Below are positions 29,813-39,238 of a DNA stretch of 64,000 nt, piece by piece; positions within the stretch are counted from its first letter, which is position 1; the number at the start of each line of letters is the position of its first letter. The notes under the pieces are model-generated. The model was not told the DNA's origin. It did no database searches and saw only the letters and a list, made by a program, of their open reading frames with translations. The stretch is from Deltaproteobacteria bacterium (GTDB taxonomy: Bacteria; Myxococcota_A; Polyangia; Fen-1088). The position numbers and the translations under genes were made by a program. The stretch is taken from the NCBI GenBank assembly GCA_033763315.1, contig JANRKS010000011.1, forward strand, positions 1-64,000, in the 5' to 3' direction.

Positions 29813-30550
29813 TTGCGTTTTATTGCTTTGCTGAGTGTGTTGTTTGTGGCAGTGGCTGCGCTTGCGCAGGCGCAAGCGAAAGCCGATGAGGGACCACCGC
29901 CGCCCGTGGTGGATCCAGGCGCGCCCGGCAAGCCACCTGCGGATGCCGTGGTGTTGTTTTCGGGCAAAGACACATCAGCCTTTGTGGGGCCCAACGGACC
30001 GCTTGAAGGTTGGGTTGCGAAAAAGGGTGAGCTTGTGTGCACGGCTCGCCATGAGCATGCGGAAAAGACGGGCACGTGGGATCTGCAAACCAAAGATAGT
30101 TTTGGTGCCATTCAGCTTCATGTTGAGTTCTTTGTGCCTGTGATGAAGGACGCCAAAGGCCAAGCGCGCGCCAACAGCGGCATCTATTTGCAAGGCCGCT
30201 ATGAAGTGCAGATCTTGGATTCGTATGAAAACCCCACGTACCCGATGGGCACCTTGGGCGCTGTGTATGGGCACGCGGCGCCGTTGTGGAACGCCGCGCG
30301 CAAACCGGGGCAGTGGCAAACGTACGAGATCGTGTTTCACCCGCCGGTGTGCAATGCGGATGGCACCACCCGGGAGCCGGGCAGCGTGACCGCTTTGTTG
30401 AACAACGTGTTGGTGCAAGATCACGCTTTGATTCGTCCGAAAAACAAATGCGATGACAGCCCCGGTCCGCTGCGCTTTCAAGACCATTATCACCCCGACG
30501 TCGTCGCCACGCCGCTTAAGCTGCGGAACGTGTGGTTGCGTAAGTTGTAG
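29813..30550 (+). CDS. DUF1080 (3-keto-disaccharide hydrolase family) protein
   Basis: PADAVVLFSGKD, NSGIYLQGRYEVQILDS, GQWQTYEI, LRFQDH, RNVWLRKL. Confidence 0.92.
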   Translation: MRFIALLSVLFVAVAALAQAQAKADEGPPPPVVDPGAPGKPPADAVVLFSGKDTSAFVGPNGPLEGWVAKKGELVCTARHEHAEKTGTWDLQTKDSFGAIQLHVEFFVPVMKDAKGQARANSGIYLQGRYEVQILDSYENPTYPMGTLGAVYGHAAPLWNAARKPGQWQTYEIVFHPPVCNADGTTREPGSVTALLNNVLVQDHALIRPKNKCDDSPGPLRFQDHYHPDVVATPLKLRNVWLRKL

Positions 30551-30598
30551 CGTGTGATCAGCGCGTCTTCGGGCTTCTGGTGGTATTCTGGAAGCCCT

Positions 30599-31129
30599 TT
30601 GAATCGCACGACGCTCTTGCTTCGCACCTTGATTTGCTGCGCTGGTTTCACGGCCTGCGGCACAACCTCCTCACAAACGCCTTCAACGGGTAGTTACCTG
30701 GACGACCCGCAACCACAGTGCTTCTTGGGCGACGCGATTGCGGCGGGCGTGCGTTTAGGCGCGGAAAACGCCCCCGAGGACGCCGGTGAATTAGACCAAT
30801 CAAACGTGCAGCCGCACCGTGGGCTTGAACGTCAGGGCGTTGTGGACGTGGTGCAGGCGCATGTAGGCGAGGTTCGTTACTGTTACGAACAGGGTCTGGC
30901 GCTTGATTCGAAACTCAAGGGGCGTGTTCTGGTTCGCTTCACCGTGGGCCGGGGCGGCAAGGTGAGAACGTCAGCTGTGGCGTCGTCCACCTTGCCCGAC
31001 AAGAATGTGGAGGCGTGTGTGGCGCGCGCGGTGTGTCGCTGGCTGTTTGAGGTGCCGCCAAACAACCGAAACGTGACCGTCAGTTACCCGTTCGAACTTG
31101 AGCCGCACGTGGCAAGCGTTACCGAGTGA
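30599..31129 (+). CDS. lipoprotein with AgmX/PglI-like (TonB C-terminal-like) domain
   Basis: VRYCYEQGL...LKGRVLVRFTV...VEACV...VSYPF; start uncertain. Confidence 0.8.
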   Translation: MNRTTLLLRTLICCAGFTACGTTSSQTPSTGSYLDDPQPQCFLGDAIAAGVRLGAENAPEDAGELDQSNVQPHRGLERQGVVDVVQAHVGEVRYCYEQGLALDSKLKGRVLVRFTVGRGGKVRTSAVASSTLPDKNVEACVARAVCRWLFEVPPNNRNVTVSYPFELEPHVASVTE

Positions 31130-31197
31130 AACGTTGCTCGTGCAATCCTGACGATAACGTGACGACGTTCTGACAGCGGGCCGCGCAATGTATATAG

Positions 31198-32079
31198 ATG
31201 CCAGACGCTGTTTCCTCGGTTTCCCCTCGTCCACTTGATTGGACCAACATTATGCTGCTTGCGCTCGTGCACGTGGCGGCCGTGGGTGGCATCACCGCCT
31301 ACGCCATCTGGCACGGCGTGACCCTTTCGGCCGTGATCGTCGGCGTGACGTTCGCGGTGCTCACGATCTTCTGCATCTCCGCCGGCTACCATCGCCTGCT
31401 TTCGCACCGGGCGTATGAGGCGCACGGTGTTTTTCGCGCGTTTTTGCTGTTCTTTGGCGCGGGCGCTTTTCAAAAGTCTGCCCTTGCCTGGTCCGCAAAT
31501 CATCGACGCCACCACGCAAGCACGGACACTGACCACGATCCCTACGACATCAACCACGGGTTCTGGTACGCACACATGGGCTGGGTGCTGCGCAAAGGCT
31601 CCCCCGAGAGCTCGCCGATGCCGGTGCATGATCTTGAGCGCGATCCCTTGGTGCGCTGGCAAGACAAACACTATGGAAAAATCGGCATCGTTTCGGGATT
31701 AATGTTGCCCACGCTGATGGGCTTGTGTTTGGGAGATTGGATGGGGGGCTTCATTGTCGGGGCGGCCTTGCGCTTGATGGTTACCTATCACACCACGTTT
31801 GCCATCAATTCGTTCGCGCACTTCTTGGGGTCGCGCCCCTATTCGCGGCTCACTTCGGCGCGCGACAGCTTCTTTGTGGCGCTGTTCACGATGGGCGAGG
31901 GCTATCACAACTTTCACCACACGTTCCCAGCGGACTACCGCAACGGGGTGGGGCGGTTTCAATACGATCCGACCAAATGGGTGCTGTACGGGCTCTCGCG
32001 CCTTGGCGTGGTCAAGAAGCTGCGCCGCACCCCAGTGGCCGCGATCAGCAGGGCCCGCCTGCGCGCTGCCACGGCCTAG
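31198..32079 (+). CDS. membrane fatty-acid desaturase (delta-9 type)
   Basis: His boxes GYHRLLSH, HRRHH, GEGYHNFHH. Confidence 0.95.
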   Translation: MPDAVSSVSPRPLDWTNIMLLALVHVAAVGGITAYAIWHGVTLSAVIVGVTFAVLTIFCISAGYHRLLSHRAYEAHGVFRAFLLFFGAGAFQKSALAWSANHRRHHASTDTDHDPYDINHGFWYAHMGWVLRKGSPESSPMPVHDLERDPLVRWQDKHYGKIGIVSGLMLPTLMGLCLGDWMGGFIVGAALRLMVTYHTTFAINSFAHFLGSRPYSRLTSARDSFFVALFTMGEGYHNFHHTFPADYRNGVGRFQYDPTKWVLYGLSRLGVVKKLRRTPVAAISRARLRAATA

Positions 32080-32221
32080 CCCCGCATTTAGGCAATTCTA
32101 AGCAGAAGCCCACAACCCCACGCGAACGTGCGGCGGCGTCGGTCACGGGCCGGTGTGGATCAAGTGGTTGTGTGCGCCGCTTGTCCACTCGCCGTGAAGC
32201 CAATGCCGCCGCGGGCTTGGC

Positions 32222-32320
32222 CTATTTCTTCGCCAGCTTCTCGGCCTTCTTCGCCTGCTTCTCTTTTGTGCTCAGCTTCGGTTTGTTGTTCGTTGCCTGC
32301 TTTGCTTGCCCCTTAGCCAT
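32222..32320 (-). CDS. 32-aa Lys-rich small protein
   Basis: MAKGQAKQATNNKPKLSTKEKQAKKAEKLAKK, AGGGG RBS-like site upstream, isolated in an intergenic gap. Confidence 0.6.
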   Translation of the reverse strand: MAKGQAKQATNNKPKLSTKEKQAKKAEKLAKK

Positions 32321-32590
32321 CTGAGTACCCCTGTTTTTGCTTTGTTTGCGGACGAAACGCCCGTACAGCCAGCATAAAGCATGGGCGGCGGAAGCGAGAA
32401 CTTTCTGTGACTCGTTCGAGACGGCTCTGCAGACGCGGGAAGCCCTCAAGACAGGACCGATTGTCACCTTTGCCCAGGCAAAGCCGCTGTCCACCCGAAA
32501 TTGAGCCGCGGTTGCACCGAAGATGTTCGGGTGTGGGCGGCGCGGGCTTTGGCGAACACTTGAGGCTCACGAGTCAACCGGAGCAGTACG

Positions 32591-33562
32591 ATGAGACGAC
32601 TTGCAGTTCTGTGTGTCATCGCGTGGGCAGGGTGTAGCGGCGTTCTTTCACAAGGTGAGGCAGACGAAGATTCAGCCCCTGGGGGCGAGGGCGGCCTAGG
32701 TGACGAGGGTGGCGCGGGCGTTGGCGGAGCTTCGTTTCCCTCTGAGGGCGGCCGTGGGGCCGCGGAAAATCACGCGGGCGCTCCGGGGCAAGATGCGTCG
32801 GTGGGTGTGGCTGGCACGGCGGGCATGCCAACCGTCCGCGACGGTGGCGTGGCCGACGCCGAGCCAACGATCGTTGCTGATGAGCCGCCCCAAGGGTGGG
32901 TGCCTGCAATCGTGGGCGTGGGATACGCGGGGATCCGTGCGCTGTCGAAAGATCTCGGCAAAACGTGGCCCATCCACCCCGCGCTGGCAGCGGGCCCGGG
33001 CAACGATGATGGCGATCTCTTGCGAGGCGTGACGTATGGCAAAGGCCTGTGGTTGGCGGGAGGTTGGAAGCATTTAATCTCAACCGATGGCGTAAATTGG
33101 AAGCCATCGCCCTTACCCAAAGGCTGCGGCTTGATGGAAAGCGTGGCCTATGGCAACGGCATGTTCATGGCCGCGTGCGGAGACGGCGATACGTTCATTT
33201 CCATTGATGGCCGGACGTGGCGCAATGGCAAGCAAGGCATTGGCACAGGTCGCCACATGAGCGTGGTGTTTGGTTTGTCGGCCGGCCTGGGCAAGTTCGC
33301 GGTCAGCGGCGACACAGGTGCTTCGTTCGCATCCACTGATGGTTCAACATGGACGGCCCTGCAGGGCATCAACCGCGTGCGCTACTGCCGCGGCGACTTT
33401 CATAGCTCCACAAGCTGCCCCGGCTTCGAAGGTCACGGCGTGTGGCTGCGTACGGGAGATCGATCCACGGTTGAACGGTCGCCCGATGGCAAAACGTGGT
33501 CCACCGTCGCGACGTTTCCCAGCTTCATCGGTTGGTACGCGTTCGGCTACGCGCCGCCGTGA
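32591..33562 (+). CDS. lipoprotein with Asp-box (SxDGxxW) propeller repeats
   Basis: WAGC lipobox; SKDLGKTW, STDGVNW, SIDGRTW, STDGSTW, SPDGKTW. Confidence 0.75.
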   Translation: MRRLAVLCVIAWAGCSGVLSQGEADEDSAPGGEGGLGDEGGAGVGGASFPSEGGRGAAENHAGAPGQDASVGVAGTAGMPTVRDGGVADAEPTIVADEPPQGWVPAIVGVGYAGIRALSKDLGKTWPIHPALAAGPGNDDGDLLRGVTYGKGLWLAGGWKHLISTDGVNWKPSPLPKGCGLMESVAYGNGMFMAACGDGDTFISIDGRTWRNGKQGIGTGRHMSVVFGLSAGLGKFAVSGDTGASFASTDGSTWTALQGINRVRYCRGDFHSSTSCPGFEGHGVWLRTGDRSTVERSPDGKTWSTVATFPSFIGWYAFGYAPP

Positions 33563-33568
33563 GCCCGC

Positions 33569-34666
33569 CTATCGCCGTTTGTTGTACGTCAGATCCACAA
33601 GTTCAAACTCGCCATAGGCGTAATCGCCGTCGGGTGCATGCCACCGTGCCTCACCGTGTGAGGCGAGAAGCACGGGACCAAACTTGCGATAGTCGCGCAC
33701 GGGCGTGCTGAAGCGCAGCTTTTCTGCTGATTTGCCATCCGCAGAAAGGCGGGACCGATCGTCGGAGATGAAATCGCGAAGCAGCCCATTGTCACCGAAA
33801 ATGAGAGTGGCCGTGATCGTGTTCTGTCCAAGCGAAAAATGTGCCTTGGCCGTGTGCGCGTCCACGGGTTCCCAGTCAATGTGTGGGCCCAACAACGAAG
33901 CCGGCGCCAAGATGCACATATCGTTAAATAACGTCACCGTTTCAGAGCGATCCATCACGGCGCCACGTGCGTCAACCATGCTGATCGCGCCAAGCAGCTT
34001 CACGTGCATGGTGGCCTCCCCACCAACGAAACGGTGATACACGGCCACGGGCAGGCCTGCTTTCGTGGCGTGCATCCAGAACAGACGCGTGGGCGGATTC
34101 GTGAAGCTGACCTGCTCGGCGCGAAACGGCATCCACTTGTCGTGTGAAGTGGCTCGAATGCGGCCATAAAAACGGAGTGAATAGCTTTGCACGCGCGGCT
34201 GCCCCACCACCCCCACGCGCCGCAGATAGGTTGCCACTGGTGCGGGCAAACGGGCGAGATCGTTTTCCGTGACCGTCACCGGCTCTGCGGCACGCAGCGC
34301 GGATGAGTCACGCAGCAATTGCTCGTGCAAGCTCAGGGGGCCAAACATCAAGAAGCCGGCGATGGTGGGAACCAAGATCACCGCGTTGGCAAGCGTGCCG
34401 AACTTTGCGTCTGGCCACGCGCTGACAATCATCAGCTGGGAGAAGATCACGGCCAGCAAAGCCAGCGCCCAGAAGCCACGGGGCCACAGCCACAAGGCGG
34501 TGAGCGCCGCGAACATCAGCACCGCCGCGAGCAGCCAAACCGCACCCATGGCCAGCGAGATCGGTTTGGAAAGCTGTGGCAGTGGCGCGAGGCCCAACGC
34601 CTTGACAGGCCCCATCAAGTGAATCAGCCCATGAACCAGCAAGATCGCAGTGAGAAACCAGCGCAT
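33569..34666 (-). CDS. membrane protein, DUF6544-like
   Basis: HGLIHLMG N-terminal TMs; LPAPVATYLRRVG; ETVTLFNDMC; YGEF. Confidence 0.7.
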   Translation of the reverse strand: MRWFLTAILLVHGLIHLMGPVKALGLAPLPQLSKPISLAMGAVWLLAAVLMFAALTALWLWPRGFWALALLAVIFSQLMIVSAWPDAKFGTLANAVILVPTIAGFLMFGPLSLHEQLLRDSSALRAAEPVTVTENDLARLPAPVATYLRRVGVVGQPRVQSYSLRFYGRIRATSHDKWMPFRAEQVSFTNPPTRLFWMHATKAGLPVAVYHRFVGGEATMHVKLLGAISMVDARGAVMDRSETVTLFNDMCILAPASLLGPHIDWEPVDAHTAKAHFSLGQNTITATLIFGDNGLLRDFISDDRSRLSADGKSAEKLRFSTPVRDYRKFGPVLLASHGEARWHAPDGDYAYGEFELVDLTYNKRR

Positions 34667-34768
34667 CGTGCGCCTCCCGTTTAGTCAGAAGGAGCTTACC
34701 GCCTCTTTCGGCGATGTCGCCCACGGCGTGGAGGGCTGTGTGGGACTGCACCGGGCAGCGCGCAAAAA

Positions 34769-35572
34769 CTAGCTTGCCGTCAGCGCGAAAAACGCTTGAG
34801 CCGTGGCCGTAGTTGTGGCGGCCAAAGCTTCGGGCGTTTCGTGGCGTGCCTGGGCCACCGTGCTTAAAACCATCGGCAAGAACGCGGGCTCATTGCGCCG
34901 GCTCTTGGGCGCCGCGGGCAGGTTCTTTGGCAGTAGATAGGGCGCATCTGTTTCCAGCATCAACCGGTTGGCCGGTATACGCGGCATCAGTGCACGCAGG
35001 TGGCCACCGCGCCGCTCGTCGCAGATCCATCCGGTGATGCCGATGTGCAGATCCAAATCAAGGTAAGCGTCCAATTCGGCTGAGGTGCCCGTGAAACAAT
35101 GCACCACGGCGTTGCTCAGCGTGTCTCTGTGGCGTCTGACAATCGCCAAAAAGTCATCGTGCGCCGCGCGTTCATGCAGAAACACGGGCTTGTTTGTGTG
35201 GGCGGCCAACACAAGCTGTTCCTCGAAGCACGCGCGCTGCACATCGCGTGGCGAAAAGTCGCGGTCATAATCCAAGCCACATTCGCCCACGGCCACCACG
35301 GAAGGCTGTTGCAACAAGGCCCGCAAATCTTCGCTAAAGCCAGGCGTTGTGTCCTTCGCATGATGTGGATGCACACCCGCTGTGGCGTAGTGGCCGTGCG
35401 ATTGCGCCAGGGCCGCCGCCGCCGTGCTTTCGGGCAAACTCGTTCCTGTGATGACGATCGTGGTCACGCCAACCTTGCGGGCGCGGGCCAGGACCTGGGG
35501 CAGATCTGCGTGGAACGCCTTGTTCGTGAGGTTGGCGCCGATGTCGATGAGGCGAGGGTGAGGCGTGTTCAT
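34769..35572 (-). CDS. tatD: TatD-family deoxyribonuclease
   Basis: IDIGANLT, GVHPH, VGECGLDY, LHER, VHCFTG, ETDAPYL, RNEP. Confidence 0.95.
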   Translation of the reverse strand: MNTPHPRLIDIGANLTNKAFHADLPQVLARARKVGVTTIVITGTSLPESTAAAALAQSHGHYATAGVHPHHAKDTTPGFSEDLRALLQQPSVVAVGECGLDYDRDFSPRDVQRACFEEQLVLAAHTNKPVFLHERAAHDDFLAIVRRHRDTLSNAVVHCFTGTSAELDAYLDLDLHIGITGWICDERRGGHLRALMPRIPANRLMLETDAPYLLPKNLPAAPKSRRNEPAFLPMVLSTVAQARHETPEALAATTTATAQAFFALTAS

Positions 35573-35600
35573 GTTTGGCTCTTGTTCCGCAAAGACTCAT

Positions 35601-36395
35601 TTAGCGAAGGCGCGCCCTGACCTTCAGACGCACGTAATCAGCCGTCCATCGACCCGCGCGGTCTTGCAAAGCGGGGGCGAGCAGAGCGGTCACTTCATCT
35701 AAGACCGCTTCGCGCTCGGCGCCAAACTGGTTCAAGAACGGCTGGCGAAACGTCTGCAGCCACCCATGCATGCCCGTGGGCAACGGCGTCGGTCGCGGCA
35801 CCAGTGCGATGCGCTCAACCTCGAAACCATTTTCTTCAAGCAGCGCGCGGTACTCATCCGGGGTGGGGTAAAACCAAGGCGCGGCCAACGTGGGATCCGC
35901 CTTGCGGTAATGTGCCACGGCCCGCAAAGCCGTAACCACAGCCGCCACGTTTCCGTGGCCACCGAACTCCGCCACGAAGCGCCCTTGAGGTCGCAGCGCC
36001 GCGCGCACCCCGCGCACCACGTCTTCGGCGCGTGTCATCCAATGCAAAGCCGCGTTTGAGAACACAGCATCGAACTCGTTGGAAAATCGCAACGCTTGCC
36101 CATCACCCAGCTGCGCGTCGACGCCGATTTCTTGCGCTTGGGCAACCAACGAGGCGCTGGCGTCAACACCCAGCACGGACGCTCCGGCATTGGCGATCTT
36201 CAGTGTCAACGCGCCATCGCCGCAGCCCAGATCCAGGATCCGCTCGCCCGCGCGAGGATCAAGCCAACCCAAAATGTCGGCGCCCAGATCGGACACGAAC
36301 CGCGCGTTGTGATCGTAGCTTTGGGCGTCCCAGGTTTGCGCAGAAGCCAGGCCTGGCGGGGGCGGGGAACGCACGTCATCTGGAAGTTTGGGCAT
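35601..36395 (-). CDS. class I SAM-dependent methyltransferase
   Basis: ILDLGCGDG, FDAVFSNAALHW, ADYVRL. Confidence 0.93.
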   Translation of the reverse strand: MPKLPDDVRSPPPPGLASAQTWDAQSYDHNARFVSDLGADILGWLDPRAGERILDLGCGDGALTLKIANAGASVLGVDASASLVAQAQEIGVDAQLGDGQALRFSNEFDAVFSNAALHWMTRAEDVVRGVRAALRPQGRFVAEFGGHGNVAAVVTALRAVAHYRKADPTLAAPWFYPTPDEYRALLEENGFEVERIALVPRPTPLPTGMHGWLQTFRQPFLNQFGAEREAVLDEVTALLAPALQDRAGRWTADYVRLKVRARLR

Positions 36396-36422
36396 CCCGC
36401 AAGACTACAAAAAATCGGAGCG

Positions 36423-36476
36423 CGGTGTTTGTGGAGCAGCAGTCCGCGCACAACTTTTGCTGCTCTGGCAACACAG
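36423..36476. promoter_or_regulatory. two degenerate TGCTGYTC-N3-GARCAGCA palindromic sites
   Basis: CGGTGTTT-GTG-GAGCAGCA (36423) and TGCTGCTC-TGG-CAACACAG (36458), 35 bp apart; similar pair at 63443/63477. Confidence 0.55.
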
Positions 36477-36513
36477 CGCGACCGTTTTGCGCCCTGGTCT
36501 GGCGCAGAACGAC

Positions 36514-36529
36514 TGGCACCGATCGTGCT
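36514..36529 (+). promoter_or_regulatory. sigma-54 promoter
   Basis: TGGCAC-CGATC-GTGCT. Confidence 0.65.
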
Positions 36530-36541
36530 GCCACCCCACCC

Positions 36542-37225
36542 ATGCTTTTCGAGCACGAACGAACGCAAGCCAGCTTCAGCACCACCTTGGCCGTCGCACA
36601 ACTGCGCGCAGGCAAGCCGGTTATTCTCGTGGACGACACCACGGGTTTATCTGATCTCGTCGCCACCGCTGAGACCATCAGCGGCGACACAATCAATTTC
36701 ATGGCCAAGCATGCCAAAGGTCTGTTGGCTTTGGCACTGGCGCCCGAACGCGTGGAGCAGCTCCGCCTCAAGCCCATGGCGTTGCGGTGGGGCGATCTTC
36801 AAAAGCCGTTCACGGTGAGCATCGAAGCCAAAGAGGGCGTGAGCACCGGCATCAGTGCACCTGAGCGGGCCCACACCGTGCGTACGGCCGCCGCTCGTCA
36901 CGCGCAGCCCGCTGACCTAATTTCGCCCGGCCACGTATTTCCTTTGCGCGCTCGTGCGGGCGGTTTGTTGGCGGGCGGTGGTCGCGCCGAAGCTGCGTTG
37001 GACTTGGCGGTTTTGGCCAGTTCCCCGGGCGGTGCCGTGCTGATGGAGATCTTGGGGGACGACGGCGATCTGGCCGAGCCCTCTTACATCCTTGAGCTCG
37101 CGCGTAGGTTCGACCTGTGTGTCGTCACCATTGCGCAGGTTGCGCGTCATCTACGCACTAGCAACGTGACCGCTCGCACCGTGGTGCCATCGACCCCGGT
37201 CGCGTTTTTCGCGGAGGGGCTTTGA
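36542..37225 (+). CDS. RibB (DHBP synthase)-fold protein with degenerate active site
   Basis: FTVSIEA..GVSTGISA, PGHVFPL and EI..DDG retained; RENEGD loop and RGGHTE motif lost; start approximate. Confidence 0.85.
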   Translation: MLFEHERTQASFSTTLAVAQLRAGKPVILVDDTTGLSDLVATAETISGDTINFMAKHAKGLLALALAPERVEQLRLKPMALRWGDLQKPFTVSIEAKEGVSTGISAPERAHTVRTAAARHAQPADLISPGHVFPLRARAGGLLAGGGRAEAALDLAVLASSPGGAVLMEILGDDGDLAEPSYILELARRFDLCVVTIAQVARHLRTSNVTARTVVPSTPVAFFAEGL

Positions 37226-37791
37226 TGCCTTCGATCGTCACAATTGCAGGCAGCCCCTCGGCACATTCACGCACCCTCGGCGTGGCCCACTATGCAGCGC
37301 AGTGGTTGCGTGCGCGTGGCTTCGAGGTGCATTCGATTAATGTGCGCGACCTGCCCGCAGAGGATCTGTTGACCGCGAAAACAACGGGCGCGATCGGCGA
37401 CGCTGTGGCGTTGCTTGAAGGCGCCAGTGGCGTGGTGGTGGCCACACCCGTGTACAAAGCCGCGTACGCGGGCGCATTGAAAGTGTTCCTCGATCTGCTG
37501 TCGCAATCGGCTTTGGCCGGTAAAGTGGTTCTGCCTTTGGCGACGGGCGGAACGGTGGCGCATCTGCTAGCGATCGATTATGCGCTGCGGCCCGTGCTCA
37601 ATGCGCTTGGCGCGCAGCACATTCTTAACGGGTTATTCATCACAGACAAACAGGTTCAAAAGACGGATGCCGGTGGCTTCGTGATCGACGACGTGATGCT
37701 TGAACGCTTGCACGGATCACTCACGGATCTGGCGGTGTGCCTTAGCGCGGTTGCCACACCACCCATGACCCCGACGCCCATGCGTCGTTAG
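37225..37791 (+). CDS. ssuE: NADPH-dependent FMN reductase (SsuE-like)
   Basis: IAGSPSAHSRT, ATPVYKAAYAGALKVFLDLL, GKVVLPLATGG..AHLLAIDYALRPVL. Confidence 0.9.
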   Translation: MPSIVTIAGSPSAHSRTLGVAHYAAQWLRARGFEVHSINVRDLPAEDLLTAKTTGAIGDAVALLEGASGVVVATPVYKAAYAGALKVFLDLLSQSALAGKVVLPLATGGTVAHLLAIDYALRPVLNALGAQHILNGLFITDKQVQKTDAGGFVIDDVMLERLHGSLTDLAVCLSAVATPPMTPTPMRR

Positions 37792-39238
37792 CGTCACGAA
37801 ACGCCCCCATGAAAGCCGCGGTTGGATCAAAGAAGCCATCCGAGGGCGGACTCTCGGCGCCCTCGCCGAGCGCGGCATTGGGGCCAAGGCGCAAGGCACT
37901 GCGGTTGAAGCAATCAAGCCCGGGATCTTGCGCGCTGATCTTTCGCATCGGTTGCGACAAGTAGGCGATTTCATCAAAGCCCACGTCGTCGTCCTTCTGC
38001 GCCTCATTGTCCGTGCCGTTTTCTTCGTAGGCGAGGTTCTTGGTGCCATTGCCGAAAAACACTGAGCTTGCAACGTCAACGACCGTGTTTGCATCGCGTA
38101 CATCAAAGCCGGCTTCAAAGCCGTAAACGATCAAATTGCGAAAGCGCCCTCGGGTTGTGCGGCGCAACAGCAATCCGTATTGTTGTTTGTCCACGTCGCG
38201 TCCTTTCCCGCACAAAGTGGCATTGAAAATGGTGGGCTCGCTTAGCGGCGTCTTCGTCGATCCTGTGGCGTCGTTGTCGCCTTCAAACCCGTTGGTTTCG
38301 TCCACCACGTCAGGATCTTGCTGCAGCGCCAAGAATTGCAGCTTTCCGCGGTATCCGAGATCCCAATCGAATCCGTCATCACCGTTGCCTTGACACAGCA
38401 AATGCTTGGCATTGACCGTGCCACCGAAGAACTCGAAACAATCATCTGTCGTGATGCGGACTTGAATGTAGTCAAGCAGCGTGCCGGCGCCCACGCCGCC
38501 CAGCGTGAGGCCGTTGATCTCGTTGTTGGGGCCGATTTTTGTGCCGCTGTATTCGATGCGCACATACTTGAGCGTGCCGCTGCTGTCAGCCGGATCGGTG
38601 CCCCCATACTCGCCGCCCTCAAGCAACCCTTCGATGCTGGCCTTGGCTTCGTTCACCGGCGCCTTGCCGAGCAATATCACACCGCCCCAATCGCCGGCTT
38701 GGCGGTTGGCAACGTCGACGCCGCTCGTAAAGACAATCGGCAGATCGCGCGTGCCTTCGGCCATCAAGCGGGCCCCGGGTTGCACGATCAACGTGCCTTT
38801 GGTTTCTTTGTCGCCGCGGATGGTGGTGCCGGCTTCAATGGTCAGCGTCGCGCCGGCCTTGACGAAAACGTTGCCCACCAATCGATAATCTTTGTCACAC
38901 GAAAGCATATCGCTGGTCGCGATGTCACCTTGAAGCGTCACTGTGGGCTTGTTGGGGCGCGTGCAACGAACCAGTGCGCTCGCATCGTTTTCAGCAGTGG
39001 CATCGCGGGGGGCCACCGAGGCGTCGGGCGCCGCCAGACCGCCGCCTGATCCACCCTTGCCACCGCCACCGGGGGCGGCCACGCACACGTCGAATTTGCG
39101 ATCGCACACGGCACCCGCGAAGCGCGCGCAGTCGCCATCAGAGCGGCATTGTGCGCCGTCGGTGTCTAGCAAGAATGAACAGCTCGTGACGGCCACGAGG
39201 ATGGGCAAAATGGCCAGCCAACGCCTGTTGATGTTCAT
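37742..39238 (-). CDS. lipoprotein with Cys-rich N-terminus and probable beta-helix domain
   Basis: VTSC lipobox; LTIEAGTTI, GDWGGVILLG, LKYVRIEY, DDCFEFFGG, DDGFDWD; 50-bp tail-to-tail overlap with ssuE. Confidence 0.8.
   Translation of the reverse strand: MNINRRWLAILPILVAVTSCSFLLDTDGAQCRSDGDCARFAGAVCDRKFDVCVAAPGGGGKGGSGGGLAAPDASVAPRDATAENDASALVRCTRPNKPTVTLQGDIATSDMLSCDKDYRLVGNVFVKAGATLTIEAGTTIRGDKETKGTLIVQPGARLMAEGTRDLPIVFTSGVDVANRQAGDWGGVILLGKAPVNEAKASIEGLLEGGEYGGTDPADSSGTLKYVRIEYSGTKIGPNNEINGLTLGGVGAGTLLDYIQVRITTDDCFEFFGGTVNAKHLLCQGNGDDGFDWDLGYRGKLQFLALQQDPDVVDETNGFEGDNDATGSTKTPLSEPTIFNATLCGKGRDVDKQQYGLLLRRTTRGRFRNLIVYGFEAGFDVRDANTVVDVASSVFFGNGTKNLAYEENGTDNEAQKDDDVGFDEIAYLSQPMRKISAQDPGLDCFNRSALRLGPNAALGEGAESPPSDGFFDPTAAFMGAFRDANDAWASGSWVVWQPR

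Noticed and set aside
36032-36541. Long N-terminal extension or fusion on the RibB-like ORF
   Set aside because: Overlaps the methyltransferase antisense and the promoter region; looks like GC-rich open-frame noise
37742-37791. 50-bp overlap of convergent genes as an antisense system
   Set aside because: The ssuE tail in the overlap looks non-conserved; simple stop-codon drift explains it
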